Made by a program: the position numbers and the translations under genes. The notes beneath the pieces were generated by a model. The model was not told the DNA's origin. It made no database searches and saw only the letters and a list, made by a program, of their open reading frames with translations. This document shows, piece by piece, positions 45,275 to 54,552 of a stretch of DNA of 64,000 nt. Source of the DNA: an uncultured Spartobacteria bacterium (GTDB taxonomy: Bacteria > Verrucomicrobiota > Verrucomicrobiia > Chthoniobacterales > Terrimicrobiaceae); contig CALFPA010000131.1 in assembly GCA_937919825.1 (NCBI GenBank), positions 36,949-100,948 of the forward strand. The letters run 5' to 3'. Position 1 is the first letter of the stretch. Every line of letters starts with the position of its first letter.

Positions 45275-45364
45275 TGGCGGAAGGGGCGGGATTCGAACCC
45301 GCGGTAGCTTGCGCTACGTTCGATTTCGAGTCGAGTGCCTTAAACCGGACTCAGCCACCCTTCC
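45275..45364 (-). tRNA. tRNA-Ser (anticodon CGA)
   Basis: The reverse complement folds as a cloverleaf. Acceptor GGAAGGG/CCCTTCC. Anticodon loop CTCGAAA (anticodon CGA). Long variable arm GTAGC-GCAA-GCTAC. T-arm GCGGG-TTCGAAT-CCCGC. Encoded CCA. Confidence 0.9.
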
Positions 45365-45453
45365 TAAAGGTTCGATAGCGAACTAACTGCAATCTCGTTC
45401 AAGCTCCCACCCCTCAGCAAGAAAAATGCTGCGCCAATCTCCAAGCCGCTCAT

Positions 45454-45607
45454 CGCGAATCCAGAAGAATTAACCACGGAGGACACAGAGAGCACAGAGG
45501 GTGAGTGAATTGCTCCGAATTGTAGGGGGCGGTTTTGTCCGAACCGCCGCTTTCATAAACCGCTCCTGTGAATCCTGTTCTCCTGTCTAAAAATCCGTTT
45601 TCGGGCT
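45454..45607 (+). repeat. About 160-bp extragenic repeat element, copy B
   Basis: Homologous to 22188-22350. Internal hairpin GGCGGTT-ttgtccg-AACCGCC occupies the position where copy A has GGATCG-ttttgtt-CGATCC. Lies between tRNA-Ser and the DUF2233-like gene. Confidence 0.8.
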
Positions 45608-46400
45608 AATCGCGGTATTGGTTGGTGACTTCGATAAAATTTCGGACGCGTTTGATTTCGGAGAGGGAGATGGTGTTGCGGGCCCAGAGGGTGCTGGAGG
45701 ACCCACCGTCGAGGTTCAGGGCCGTGGTGGGTTTCCAGGAGCCGAGGATTTTTGGGAGCGCGAGGATTTCGGCGGTGTCGGCGAGGGAGACGGAGGTCAG
45801 GTAGAGGAGGGCAGCTTGGTTGGCGGAGCCGGTGGCGACGGCCGTGCGGCGGGCGATTTTTTCGGCGTTCAAGCCGGGGACGGGGGCGGAATTTTCGATG
45901 AGCATCGGGCCGCATTGGATGGCTTCGCGGTAAGCGCCGGGATTGGGGTCGAAACGGGCGGAGCGGAAAATCGACAGGGTGCCTTTCGGGGAGGTGGCCA
46001 CGATGCCGCTGAGAATTTTCGCTTTTTTGAATTTTTGGCGGGTTTTTCCCTCCGAAATGACGAGGCCGACGGGGGTGAAATCGGGCTCGAAATACCCGCC
46101 GTTGACTCCGCCGATCGCTTGGCGGGATTCCAAAAGGCTCGCGAGCCGGGTTTCGCCGGGTTTCGGGCTATCCACCAGGCGAATGGTGTGGGCGCGGGTG
46201 TTGAAAACGATGGCAACGAGCCGGGCGTGGCCATCTGGGTTTTTCCGCTGCAACTGGGTTTCCAAAACCTCGACGCCGTCGGCGGGGGTTCCGAGGATTT
46301 GGGTGGAGAGGATTTCCCAGTCGGCTCGGGTGGTTCCACAGAACGCAAGAAGGGCGGCAACGAATGCCGCCCTTTTGCTTTTTAGGATGCTTTTCAACAA
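45606..46400 (-). CDS. Secreted phosphodiester glycosidase-family (DUF2233-like) protein
   Basis: 264 aa with a TTG start. Signal peptide LKSILKSKRAAFVAALLAFCG. Contains GGVNGGYF, CGPMLI and LNLDGGSSSTL, typical of the NAGPA/DUF2233 fold. Confidence 0.65.
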   Translation of the reverse strand: MLKSILKSKRAAFVAALLAFCGTTRADWEILSTQILGTPADGVEVLETQLQRKNPDGHARLVAIVFNTRAHTIRLVDSPKPGETRLASLLESRQAIGGVNGGYFEPDFTPVGLVISEGKTRQKFKKAKILSGIVATSPKGTLSIFRSARFDPNPGAYREAIQCGPMLIENSAPVPGLNAEKIARRTAVATGSANQAALLYLTSVSLADTAEILALPKILGSWKPTTALNLDGGSSSTLWARNTISLSEIKRVRNFIEVTNQYRD

Positions 46401-46408
46401 GGCCGGAA

Positions 46409-48355
46409 CTATTCGCCGTTCTTGCTCAGGCGCGTGAGGACGCTGAGGTCTTCGAGCGTGGTGGTGTCGCCGGTGATCTGGACTCCGGCGGCGATTTGCT
46501 TGAGGAGGCGGCGCATGATTTTTCCGCTGCGGGTTTTTGGCAAGGCCTCGGCGAAACGGATTTCGTCCGGCTTGGCGATGGGGCCGATCGCCTTGGCGAC
46601 ATGGGAGCGGATTTTCTCGGCGAGTTCTTTGCTGGCGATATGGCCTTCCTTAAGGACGACAAATGCCACGACGCCCTGGCCTTTGATTTCATCGGGACGA
46701 CCGACGACAGCGGCCTCGGCGGCGGAATCATGGCCGACGATGGCGCTTTCCACTTCGGCGGTTCCGAGTCGGTGACCGGCGACATTGAGGACATCGTCAA
46801 TGCGGCCGATGACCCAGAAATAGCCGTCCTTGTCGCGGCGGGCGCCGTCACCGGTGAAGTAGCAGCCTTTGACTTCGGACCAGTAGGTTTTTTTGTAGCG
46901 GGCTTTGTCGCCGTAAATGGTGCGGAGCATCGAGGGCCAGGGCTTGCGGATGACGAGTTTTCCGCTTTCGCCGTGGGGCACTTCCTTCCCGTTGTCATCC
47001 ACGATGGCGGCGTCGACCCCGAAGAAGGGGAGGGTGGCGGTGCCGGGTTTGAGCGGCGTGGCGCCGGGGAGCGGGGAAATAAGGATCGCGCCGGTCTCGG
47101 TTTGCCACCAGGTGTCCATGATCGGGCAACGCTCGGCACCGATCATTTTGTGATACCACATCCAGGCCTCGGGATTGATCGGCTCACCGACCGAGCCGAG
47201 GAGTCGGAGTGAGGAGAGGTCGTGTTTTTTCGGCCAATCGTCGCCCCATTTCATGAAAGCGCGGATGGCCGTGGGCGCGGTGTAAAGAATGGTCACGCGC
47301 TGCTCGGCGATGATTTTCCAAAAACGGTCGGGCTCTGGCCAGTTCGGCGCGCCCTCATAGAGCATGCAGGTCGTGCCGTTGGCGAGCGGACCGTAGACGA
47401 GGTAGCTGTGGCCCGTGATCCAGCCGACATCAGCGGTGCACCAGTAGATGTCGTTTTCCTTGAAGTCAAAGATGTATCGGCTGGTGGCGGCGGTGCCGAC
47501 CATGTAGCCGCCGGTGGTGTGCAGGATGCCCTTGGGTTTTCCTGTCGAGCCGCTGGTGTAGAGAATGAAGAGGGGATGCTCGCTATCCACCGGCACAGCG
47601 GGGCAGTCGGCGCTGACATACTGGGCCTCTTGATGCCACCAGACATCGCGGTCCTCTTGGATGTTGACCTCAATATCGGTGCGCTTGGCGACGATCACGC
47701 GCTTCACCTGGGTATTGCCGACGAGGGCGTGGTCGACATTCTGCTTGATGGTGACGATCTGCCCACGGCGGTAGCCGGCGTCGGCGGTGACGACAATTTT
47801 CGCGCCACTATCGGCGAGGCGGTCCTTGATGCTATCGCTGCTGAATCCGCCGAAAACCACGGTGTGGACGGCGCCGATGCGGGCGCAACCGAGCATGGCG
47901 ATGACGGCTTCGGGAATGAGCGGCATGTAGATCAGAACGCGGTCGCCTTTTTTCACGCCGTTCCGCTTGAGGATATTTGAAAACACGCAGACCTCGCGGT
48001 GGAGTTGCTGGTAGGTGAGGGTCTTTTTGTCACCGGGTTCACCCTCCCAAATGATGGCGGCCTTGTTGCGGCGGGGACCGTCGAGATGGCGGTCGAGGCA
48101 GTTCTCGCTGGCATTGAGTTGTCCACCGACGAACCACTCGGCGTAGGGGAGTTTCCAGTTCAGGACTTTTTTCCACTTTTTGCTCCAGACAAGATGCGAA
48201 GCCTCGCGGGCCCAGAATTTCTCGGGGTTCTTGAGGGATTTTGCGTGGAGTTTTTTGTATTCGGCGAAGGATTTGACCTCTGCCGCGCGGGCGATTTCTT
48301 TCGAAGGTTTGAAAACGCGGGTTTCTTCTTGGTGGGATTCGGTGTTTTTAGCCAT
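46409..48355 (-). CDS. acs: Acetyl-CoA synthetase
   Basis: 648 aa. Contains [28 protein letters not shown] and the C-terminal [14 protein letters not shown]. Confidence 0.95.
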   Translation of the reverse strand: MAKNTESHQEETRVFKPSKEIARAAEVKSFAEYKKLHAKSLKNPEKFWAREASHLVWSKKWKKVLNWKLPYAEWFVGGQLNASENCLDRHLDGPRRNKAAIIWEGEPGDKKTLTYQQLHREVCVFSNILKRNGVKKGDRVLIYMPLIPEAVIAMLGCARIGAVHTVVFGGFSSDSIKDRLADSGAKIVVTADAGYRRGQIVTIKQNVDHALVGNTQVKRVIVAKRTDIEVNIQEDRDVWWHQEAQYVSADCPAVPVDSEHPLFILYTSGSTGKPKGILHTTGGYMVGTAATSRYIFDFKENDIYWCTADVGWITGHSYLVYGPLANGTTCMLYEGAPNWPEPDRFWKIIAEQRVTILYTAPTAIRAFMKWGDDWPKKHDLSSLRLLGSVGEPINPEAWMWYHKMIGAERCPIMDTWWQTETGAILISPLPGATPLKPGTATLPFFGVDAAIVDDNGKEVPHGESGKLVIRKPWPSMLRTIYGDKARYKKTYWSEVKGCYFTGDGARRDKDGYFWVIGRIDDVLNVAGHRLGTAEVESAIVGHDSAAEAAVVGRPDEIKGQGVVAFVVLKEGHIASKELAEKIRSHVAKAIGPIAKPDEIRFAEALPKTRSGKIMRRLLKQIAAGVQITGDTTTLEDLSVLTRLSKNGE

Positions 48356-48461
48356 AGGGAACGGGGCGGAGATTTAATGCAGAATCCGGAGCCGTTGGCA
48401 ATGGGGGTTCAGAAAAAATCCCTTCTTGCCAATCCAACCAGGCTGTCGGCTAAGTGATGGC

Positions 48462-48824
48462 GTGTTTCAGGTGATATTCAACTCCATCAGCGCCGGGGAA
48501 ATGGCCGCATTGCCGAAAGATCTGCAGCTCGATCTTCTGGCTGAGTTCCATTTTTTGCCGAGTGATTTGGACTCTTTGGAGGATGAGAAATTCGGCCGCG
48601 TCTCGAGAGATGGCCGTTCACTGCATCGCTACCGGGCGCGGGATTACCGGATTTATTTCGAGCGCCACCCCGACGGGATTCTCATCCACCGCGTGCTCCA
48701 CAAAAACACCATCCGCGATTTTCTTTTCCGCTCGAACCTTCCGCTCGACGAGGAGGACGGTGCTCTGGAGAAAACCAGTGGCTTCTGGTCCCTCATCCGC
48801 GAAGCGGAAGAGGCTCGGGCGTAA
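48462..48824 (+). CDS. RelE/ParE-fold protein with acidic C-terminal extension (no adjacent antitoxin)
   Basis: The core HRYRARDYRIYFERHPDGILIHRVLHKNT matches the RelE/ParE pattern (YR.R.GDYR.IY....D.I.I..V.HR). Start uncertain: TTG 48426, GTG 48462 or GTG 48471. Confidence 0.5.
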   Translation: MFQVIFNSISAGEMAALPKDLQLDLLAEFHFLPSDLDSLEDEKFGRVSRDGRSLHRYRARDYRIYFERHPDGILIHRVLHKNTIRDFLFRSNLPLDEEDGALEKTSGFWSLIREAEEARA

Positions 48825-48876
48825 TTCACGCCGCCGCTTGCCAACTCTCTTACGGATTGGTTATCTCCATTTGCTT

Positions 48877-49599
48877 ATGAAATTTTATGCAACCGCGATC
48901 GCGCTTTTGGCGTCCGTCATGTCCTCACAGGCTGCTCCCCAGGAAGCCGCTGAGACAAACCTCTGGCAGGTTTTGGTGTCGGGCGGGCCGGTGATGTATC
49001 CGCTGGCTGGTTTGTCGATTTTGGCGTTGATGCTGATCGTGGCTTACACCTTTTCCATGCGGCGGGGATCTGTTGTCAGCGGGCGCTACATGCAGGCGGC
49101 GGAGGCTCTGATCCGAAAAAAGGATTACCTTGGTCTTCTCTCGCTCTCCAGTCGCCACAGCCAGGCGATCGCCGGCGTGATGGAGCGCTCCATGAATTTT
49201 CTCACTCAAAACTCCAACGCTTCCCTCTCCGAGGCCCGCGAAATCGCCCAAGCCGAGGGCGTTCGTCTCGCCGGGCTGTGGAATCAGCGCATCAGCTATC
49301 TTGCGGATATCGGATCGATCGCACCGATGCTCGGGCTTTTTGGAACGGTTTTGGGAATGATCAAATCCTTCTCCGTCGTGGCGAGTGACATCGCGGCCTC
49401 GCGTCCGATGATGCTGGCTGATGGCGTCGCCGAGGCGCTTGTGACGACCGCCGCCGGTTTGATGATCGGGATTCCGGTCATGGCCGCCTACGCGTTTTTC
49501 CGTGGCCGGGTGCAGTCGATGGTTTCGGATCTTGAGGCCGCCTCCACCATTCTCATGGCCCAACTCGGGGCAGGCAATTCCGACTCCTCGAAGAATTGA
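48877..49599 (+). CDS. exbB: MotA/TolQ/ExbB proton-channel family protein
   Basis: ORF 48562..49599 trimmed to ATG 48877 (MKFYATAIALLASV). Contains LADIGSIAPMLGLFGTVLGMI and ALVTTAAGLMIGIP. Confidence 0.85.
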   Translation: MKFYATAIALLASVMSSQAAPQEAAETNLWQVLVSGGPVMYPLAGLSILALMLIVAYTFSMRRGSVVSGRYMQAAEALIRKKDYLGLLSLSSRHSQAIAGVMERSMNFLTQNSNASLSEAREIAQAEGVRLAGLWNQRISYLADIGSIAPMLGLFGTVLGMIKSFSVVASDIAASRPMMLADGVAEALVTTAAGLMIGIPVMAAYAFFRGRVQSMVSDLEAASTILMAQLGAGNSDSSKN

Positions 49600-49603
49600 A
49601 CGA

Positions 49604-50017
49604 ATGAATTTTCGTGGCTCCATTCAAAACAACGCGCCGGGGTTTCAGATCGCCCCGATGGTGGACATTGTTTTCCTGCTGCTGATTTTCTTTCTCGTGA
49701 CTTGGAATTTTTCACGCAACGAGACCGAGTTGGATGTCAAAGTCCCGAAAGCCCGTGAGGGAAAGGAAACCCGGCGGGCTGTCGGGGAAGTCATCCTGAA
49801 TGTCAAAAGTAACGGCACCGTGGTCATGAACCGCCGCCAAATGAACGCGGCAGAACTTCAGGACACGCTCCAAAAAATCGCCTCCCTCTACCCCGATCAG
49901 GCCGTGATCCTGCGCGGTGACGAGAGCACTGACTACCGTCATGTCGTCGAGGTTCTGGATACTTGCCGTCGGGCAAACATCTGGAATGTCGCATTTGCGA
50001 CCAGTCGCCCCGAATGA
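49604..50017 (+). CDS. exbD: ExbD/TolR biopolymer transport protein
   Basis: ORF trimmed to ATG 49604. Contains IAPMVDIVFLLLIFFLV (conserved Asp TM) and a periplasmic domain with VILRGDESTDYRHVVEVLD. Confidence 0.85.
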   Translation: MNFRGSIQNNAPGFQIAPMVDIVFLLLIFFLVTWNFSRNETELDVKVPKAREGKETRRAVGEVILNVKSNGTVVMNRRQMNAAELQDTLQKIASLYPDQAVILRGDESTDYRHVVEVLDTCRRANIWNVAFATSRPE

Positions 50018-52518
50018 GGATTGCCGGCCTGCTGCTTCTCGCGGCAACCCCGCTGATCGCCCAAGAACCCATCGAGGTGCGGCGTGCTCTTCCGGCGACC
50101 GCTGTCGACCCGGCGGGTTATCAAAATCCCGCCTGGATGGATCACTTGCCTCCAGAAATCCGCCGCGCCGAACCCGTTCATCCGGTCCAAATCCCCGCGC
50201 CGGTCGTGATCGCCAATCCAGATCCTGTGCCGACTCCCGTGCCAGTAGCCCCGCCGGTTCCCGTTGCGACTCCAGAGCCCGCGCCGGTGGCTGTGGAAAC
50301 CACACCGACGAACAGCAAAGCCGAGGAAGCGCTTGCCAGAGCGAATAATTTTTACGCCCGAAAAATGCCGGAGTTCGCGATTCCGGAATACGAGAAATTC
50401 CTGATCTTGCAGACCAGTGGGCCGGGGAGGGACGGGGCGCTTTTCCGACTCGCCGAGAGCCACCGCATTTCCGGCAACCCAGCGGCGGCTCGCATCGCCT
50501 ACGAAAAGCTCGTGAATGAATTCCAGTCTGGCGAGTTCGCCGCCGCCGGCGCATTCCGTTTGGGCGAAATTCTCTTCGCCGAAAAATTCTACGAACCCGC
50601 GACGATCCAATTCGAGTTGGCCGCTCGTGAGGCCACGGAGCCGGGCATTCGTCTCGCTTCCACCTATTTTGCCGCCCGTGGGCTTGATGCCTTGAAACGC
50701 GACGATTCCGCCGAGGAGCGGTATCGCTCCGTGCTCGAGCAGACGGCTGATAATCCCTATCTCGAAAATGCGGCCATGGCGCTTGGGGCGCTGCAACTCC
50801 GTCGTGGAAAAAACGAGGCCGCTCTGAAGACCTACGAGACCCTTTCGCAAATCGCCACCGCGCCCGATGTCTCCGCGAGCGCCGCCTTGCAAGCGGCACG
50901 GCTTGCCAAGGAATCCGGCGCGAACGCGAAAGCCTTCTCGCTTTTCGAGGCCGCGGCCCAGAAATCCGCTGATCCGAAAACCCAATCCGAGGCGCTCGTG
51001 GAATCCCTCCGCCTCCGCTATCAAGCGAAGGACTTCGAGGGCGTGGTGAAAGCCGCCACGGCCGCCGTGGCATCCATGGACCCCACCGCCCGCGCCGAAG
51101 TCATCCAAATCCTCGCCGCCTCCCTGCGCCAGACCGGTCGTGAAAACGAGGCCCGCCAAGCCTACGACCGGCTTCTCGCCGAACACGCCGCTTCGGCCAC
51201 GCCCGAGATTCTCTACCAACGCCTGTTGACTCTCTATGCGTTGAAAGATCCGACGCTGCCTGCCGAAGCCGACAAGTTTTTGCAAACCTCCGCCGAGCCC
51301 AAGCAGAAAGCCGCCGTGTCATTGCTCAAAGCCGAATCCCTTTTTCAACGCAACGAATACGCCGCCGCCGCGCGGGCTTACGAACCGATCTTGGCGAACA
51401 CCTGGCTCACCAAAGATCAGCAAACAGCGGCTCTCTACAAATTCGCGTGGGCACTCAGCTCCTCGGGAGATTTTGCCGGAGCGGTGCGTGCCTATACCGA
51501 ATTCCTTGCCAAAAATCCGAACGACAAACTCGCTTCCGGGGCGCTCTTTCAGCGCGGGTTGGCCCAGCAAAAAATGAAAGCCTATCCCGAGGCCGTGGCG
51601 GATTTTGATTTGCTCCTGAAAGATTACTCGATGAGCAAGGATGTGGAATTGGCCTTGCTCCAAAAGGCTCTCACGCTGGGCACGCTGAACAAATATCCCG
51701 AGATGGCGTCCGTCTTTCGCGAGTTGCTCGCGAAGTATCCGCAGTCCGCCGCCGCCGCGCAGGCGAATTACTGGATTGGTTGGGAAGCCAGTGAAAAGAA
51801 GAACCACAAGGAAGCCCTGCCATTCCTCGACCGCGCCCGCACTCTCGACGCCAAAAACTACGGCGAGCGGGCCTCGCTTCGCATCATTCTGTCTTTTTAC
51901 CAACTTGAGAATCTCGAGTCCCTCGGTGCCGAGGTCGATCGCTATCAGGGCGCGCCTCTGCCTCCCCAAATCCTCGCTTGGCTCTCGCAAGGCTTGATCG
52001 AAAAAGGCGAATTCGCCAACGCTGCTAAAATCCTCCAACCCCTCGCCGATCAGCCGGCCTCAGCCACTCCGGATATTTTGATTCTTCTGTCCGAGGCGCG
52101 TCTCGGTTTGGGAGATTTTGCCGGAGCGGGTCAGGCCGCCGACAAATTCCTCGCCGCCGTTTCCCAGCCTCCCGCTCAAGCGAGAGGAAACATCGCCAAG
52201 GCCCGAGCCGAAGCCGGGCTGCAGCGTTATCCAAGTGCCCGTCAAGCGGTGGACCAAGCCCTCTTTCTACAACCCGAAGGCCGCCTCAACTCCGAAGCGC
52301 GTATCGCTTCCGGGGATGTTTATTTTGCCGAGGGGGACTACGACAGTGCCGCTCGGGCCTTTCTTTCCGTGTCGGTTCTCAGTGACGACCAAAAGCTCGC
52401 CCCGAAGGCCTTATCGCGCGCTGCCGAATCCTACGAGCGGGCCAACAACCCCGAGGAAGCCGACAAGGTTCTCAAAGAACTCGCGGAGCGTTTTCCAAAC
52501 TACCGTCGCGATTCTTGA
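50014..52518 (+). CDS. Secreted Pro-rich linker + multi-TPR repeat protein
   Basis: ATGA overlap with exbD. Signal-like MRIAGLLLLAATPLIAQEP. Pro-rich run PVQIPAPVVIANPDPVPTPVPVAPPVPVATPEPAPV. Then about 700 aa of TPR-like helical repeats. Confidence 0.8.
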   Translation: MRIAGLLLLAATPLIAQEPIEVRRALPATAVDPAGYQNPAWMDHLPPEIRRAEPVHPVQIPAPVVIANPDPVPTPVPVAPPVPVATPEPAPVAVETTPTNSKAEEALARANNFYARKMPEFAIPEYEKFLILQTSGPGRDGALFRLAESHRISGNPAAARIAYEKLVNEFQSGEFAAAGAFRLGEILFAEKFYEPATIQFELAAREATEPGIRLASTYFAARGLDALKRDDSAEERYRSVLEQTADNPYLENAAMALGALQLRRGKNEAALKTYETLSQIATAPDVSASAALQAARLAKESGANAKAFSLFEAAAQKSADPKTQSEALVESLRLRYQAKDFEGVVKAATAAVASMDPTARAEVIQILAASLRQTGRENEARQAYDRLLAEHAASATPEILYQRLLTLYALKDPTLPAEADKFLQTSAEPKQKAAVSLLKAESLFQRNEYAAAARAYEPILANTWLTKDQQTAALYKFAWALSSSGDFAGAVRAYTEFLAKNPNDKLASGALFQRGLAQQKMKAYPEAVADFDLLLKDYSMSKDVELALLQKALTLGTLNKYPEMASVFRELLAKYPQSAAAAQANYWIGWEASEKKNHKEALPFLDRARTLDAKNYGERASLRIILSFYQLENLESLGAEVDRYQGAPLPPQILAWLSQGLIEKGEFANAAKILQPLADQPASATPDILILLSEARLGLGDFAGAGQAADKFLAAVSQPPAQARGNIAKARAEAGLQRYPSARQAVDQALFLQPEGRLNSEARIASGDVYFAEGDYDSAARAFLSVSVLSDDQKLAPKALSRAAESYERANNPEEADKVLKELAERFPNYRRDS

Positions 52519-52632
52519 GTTGATGCTCCTCTTTGGCGGGTGCCTGCTTCATCTCCACCAATAATCAGAAGAGGCCGGTGCGAGGGTTTCCCTGATCTTG
52601 ATTGGAGAAACCCAGTAGACCATGGTGGTCGA

Positions 52633-53568
52633 ATGACAGCTGTTTCGACCGATTTGATCTCGGAAATCCTCGAATTGAAGCGCGCCCGCAACGCGGTGAT
52701 CCTCGCGCACAACTACCAAATCGCCGCGATCCAGGAGGTGGCTGATTTTGTGGGCGACTCTCTAGGGCTCAGCCGCCAAGCGGCCGCGACCGGTGCCGAG
52801 GTGATCGCCTTTTGCGGCGTTCATTTCATGGGCGAGACGGCGAAGATTTTGAGCCCGGGAAAAACCGTGGTCATTCCGGACATGGATGCTGGTTGCTCGC
52901 TCTCAGATTCCTGCCCGCCGGAAAAGCTCGCCGCGTTTCTCGAGGAGCACCGCGATAAGAACTACTATGTCATCGCCTACATCAATTGCAGTGCGGGTGT
53001 GAAGTCACTGTCCGATGTGATTGTGACGAGTGGCAACGCCGTCAAAATCGTCAACGCCGCGCCGAAGGATCGCAACATCCTCTTCGTGCCCGACCAAAAC
53101 CTCGGCGCATGGGTAATGGAGCAAACCGGTCGCAAAATGGATCTTTGGCGGGGGAGTTGCTATGTGCATGTGGAGTTCACGCGTGAGAGCATCAACCGGA
53201 TCAAGGCAGAATACCCTGGGGCGTTCGTCGTGGCTCATCCCGAGTGCACGCATGCGGTGCGGCTTTTGGCCGACGAGGTCTGCTCGACCGAGAAAATGGT
53301 CTCGTTCTGCCGCGAGAACCCGGCGAAGGATTTCATCATCGTTACCGAGAGCGGCATGCTCCACCGGCTACGCCGCGAGGTTCCGGGGAAAAATTTCATC
53401 CCTGGCCCGACCGACCACTGCGCGTGCGCGGATTGCCGCTACATGAAATTGAACACGCTGGAAAAGCTGCGCGACTGCCTGGCGAACCTCGAACCGCAAA
53501 TCCACATTCCCGAGGAAACCCGGGCCAAGGCCGAGCGCGCGGTGCGTCGGATGTTGGAGCAATCCTGA
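52633..53568 (+). CDS. nadA: Quinolinate synthase
   Basis: ORF 52540..53568 trimmed to ATG 52633. Contains VILAHNYQ, FVGDSLGLS, GVHFMGETAKIL, VAHPEC and IIVTESGM. Confidence 0.92.
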   Translation: MTAVSTDLISEILELKRARNAVILAHNYQIAAIQEVADFVGDSLGLSRQAAATGAEVIAFCGVHFMGETAKILSPGKTVVIPDMDAGCSLSDSCPPEKLAAFLEEHRDKNYYVIAYINCSAGVKSLSDVIVTSGNAVKIVNAAPKDRNILFVPDQNLGAWVMEQTGRKMDLWRGSCYVHVEFTRESINRIKAEYPGAFVVAHPECTHAVRLLADEVCSTEKMVSFCRENPAKDFIIVTESGMLHRLRREVPGKNFIPGPTDHCACADCRYMKLNTLEKLRDCLANLEPQIHIPEETRAKAERAVRRMLEQS

Positions 53569-53611
53569 TCCAGCCTCGACACCGGCCGCGTGCTGTGGAA
53601 TGGGATGTGGG

Positions 53612-54400
53612 ATGGCAATAGACGCGATACTTTTTGATTTGGACGACACCTTGATCGTCGATGAGGCGGTTTCCAAAGAGGCGCTGGCCTCGACGGCGAA
53701 AAAAGCCGCGAGCGAATGCGGCATCGATCCCGCCTGCATGACGAAGGATGTGCACCGCATCGGCTCCGGCCTCTGGCGCGAGGGCCCGTGCCATCCCTAC
53801 ACGAAATCGATCGGCATCAGTTTTCACGAGTGCCTCTGGGGACGCTTCGAAGGCGAGTCGCCGGAGCTGACCGCTCTGAGGAATTGGGCGTCGCGCTACC
53901 GGGTCGAGGTTTTCTCTGCCGCTCTGGCCGCACAGGAGCAACCCGACGAGGATTTGGCTGAGACACTCGCCGCGCACTTCAGCACCGAGCGCCGCCGCCT
54001 TCAGCGCCTCATGCCCGACGCGGTCGAAACGCTCGTTCGTCTTAAAGCTGATTACAAAGTCGCCCTCCTCACCAACGGGGCCCCGGATTTGCAGCGCGAA
54101 AAAATCGCCGCCTCCGGCCTATGCGCGTATTTCGATGCCATCGCCGTTTCCGGCGAGCGCGGGGTGGGGAAACCCAAACCCGAAATCTTCCAAATGCTCC
54201 TTGCTGATCTCGGAGTCACCGCCGACCGCGCCGTGATGGTCGGCAACAGCCTCGAGCGCGACATCGCCGGGGCGCTCAATGCTAATCTTGCGTCCGCCAT
54301 TTGGATTCAAGTTCCCGGCTCCGAAGAGCGCGCCGATGTGGCCCCACACCACACGATCCGAGGATTGCACGAAATCCCTGCGCTGGTGGCGGGGATGTGA
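53612..54400 (+). CDS. HAD-superfamily hydrolase
   Basis: Contains AILFDLDDTL (motif I), ALLTNG (motif II), GVGKPKPEIF (motif III) and MVGNSLERDIAGA (motif IV). ATG 53600 or 53612. Confidence 0.8.
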   Translation: MAIDAILFDLDDTLIVDEAVSKEALASTAKKAASECGIDPACMTKDVHRIGSGLWREGPCHPYTKSIGISFHECLWGRFEGESPELTALRNWASRYRVEVFSAALAAQEQPDEDLAETLAAHFSTERRRLQRLMPDAVETLVRLKADYKVALLTNGAPDLQREKIAASGLCAYFDAIAVSGERGVGKPKPEIFQMLLADLGVTADRAVMVGNSLERDIAGALNANLASAIWIQVPGSEERADVAPHHTIRGLHEIPALVAGM

Positions 54401-54429
54401 TCCTCCGCGCATCGCTCTCCCGTTTCATG

Positions 54430-54545
54430 TGGAGGGCTGTCCTCCGTGACAGCCCATTTTTGCGAGCGAAGCCCGCCCCTGTAAAAAATGAGGGGGCCGC
54501 GCTGGCGCGCGGGGATTATGGGCGCCGACGGAGCGTCGCCCTCCA
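54430..54545. repeat. GGAGGG-hairpin inverted-repeat extragenic element, copy 2
   Basis: Left unit tggagggctgtcctccgtg (54430-54448). Right unit gacggagcgtcgccctcca (54527-54545). Same architecture as 2004-2082, again between convergent genes. Confidence 0.75.
54434..54461 (+). terminator. Rho-independent terminator after the HAD gene (formed by the repeat's left unit)
   Basis: 8-bp stem gggctgtc/gacagccc, loop ctccgt, then attttt. 34 nt after the stop at 54400. Confidence 0.6.
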
Positions 54546-54552
54546 AGTGGCT

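Noticed and set aside
35000-45300. The EPS operon plus wHTH gene considered as a tRNA-Ser-integrated genomic island.
   Set aside because: There is no integrase or mobility gene. No second copy of the 25-bp att-like repeat was seen near 35000-36300. The EPS genes have the same high GC as the surroundings. Only the tRNA-proximal scar is supported.
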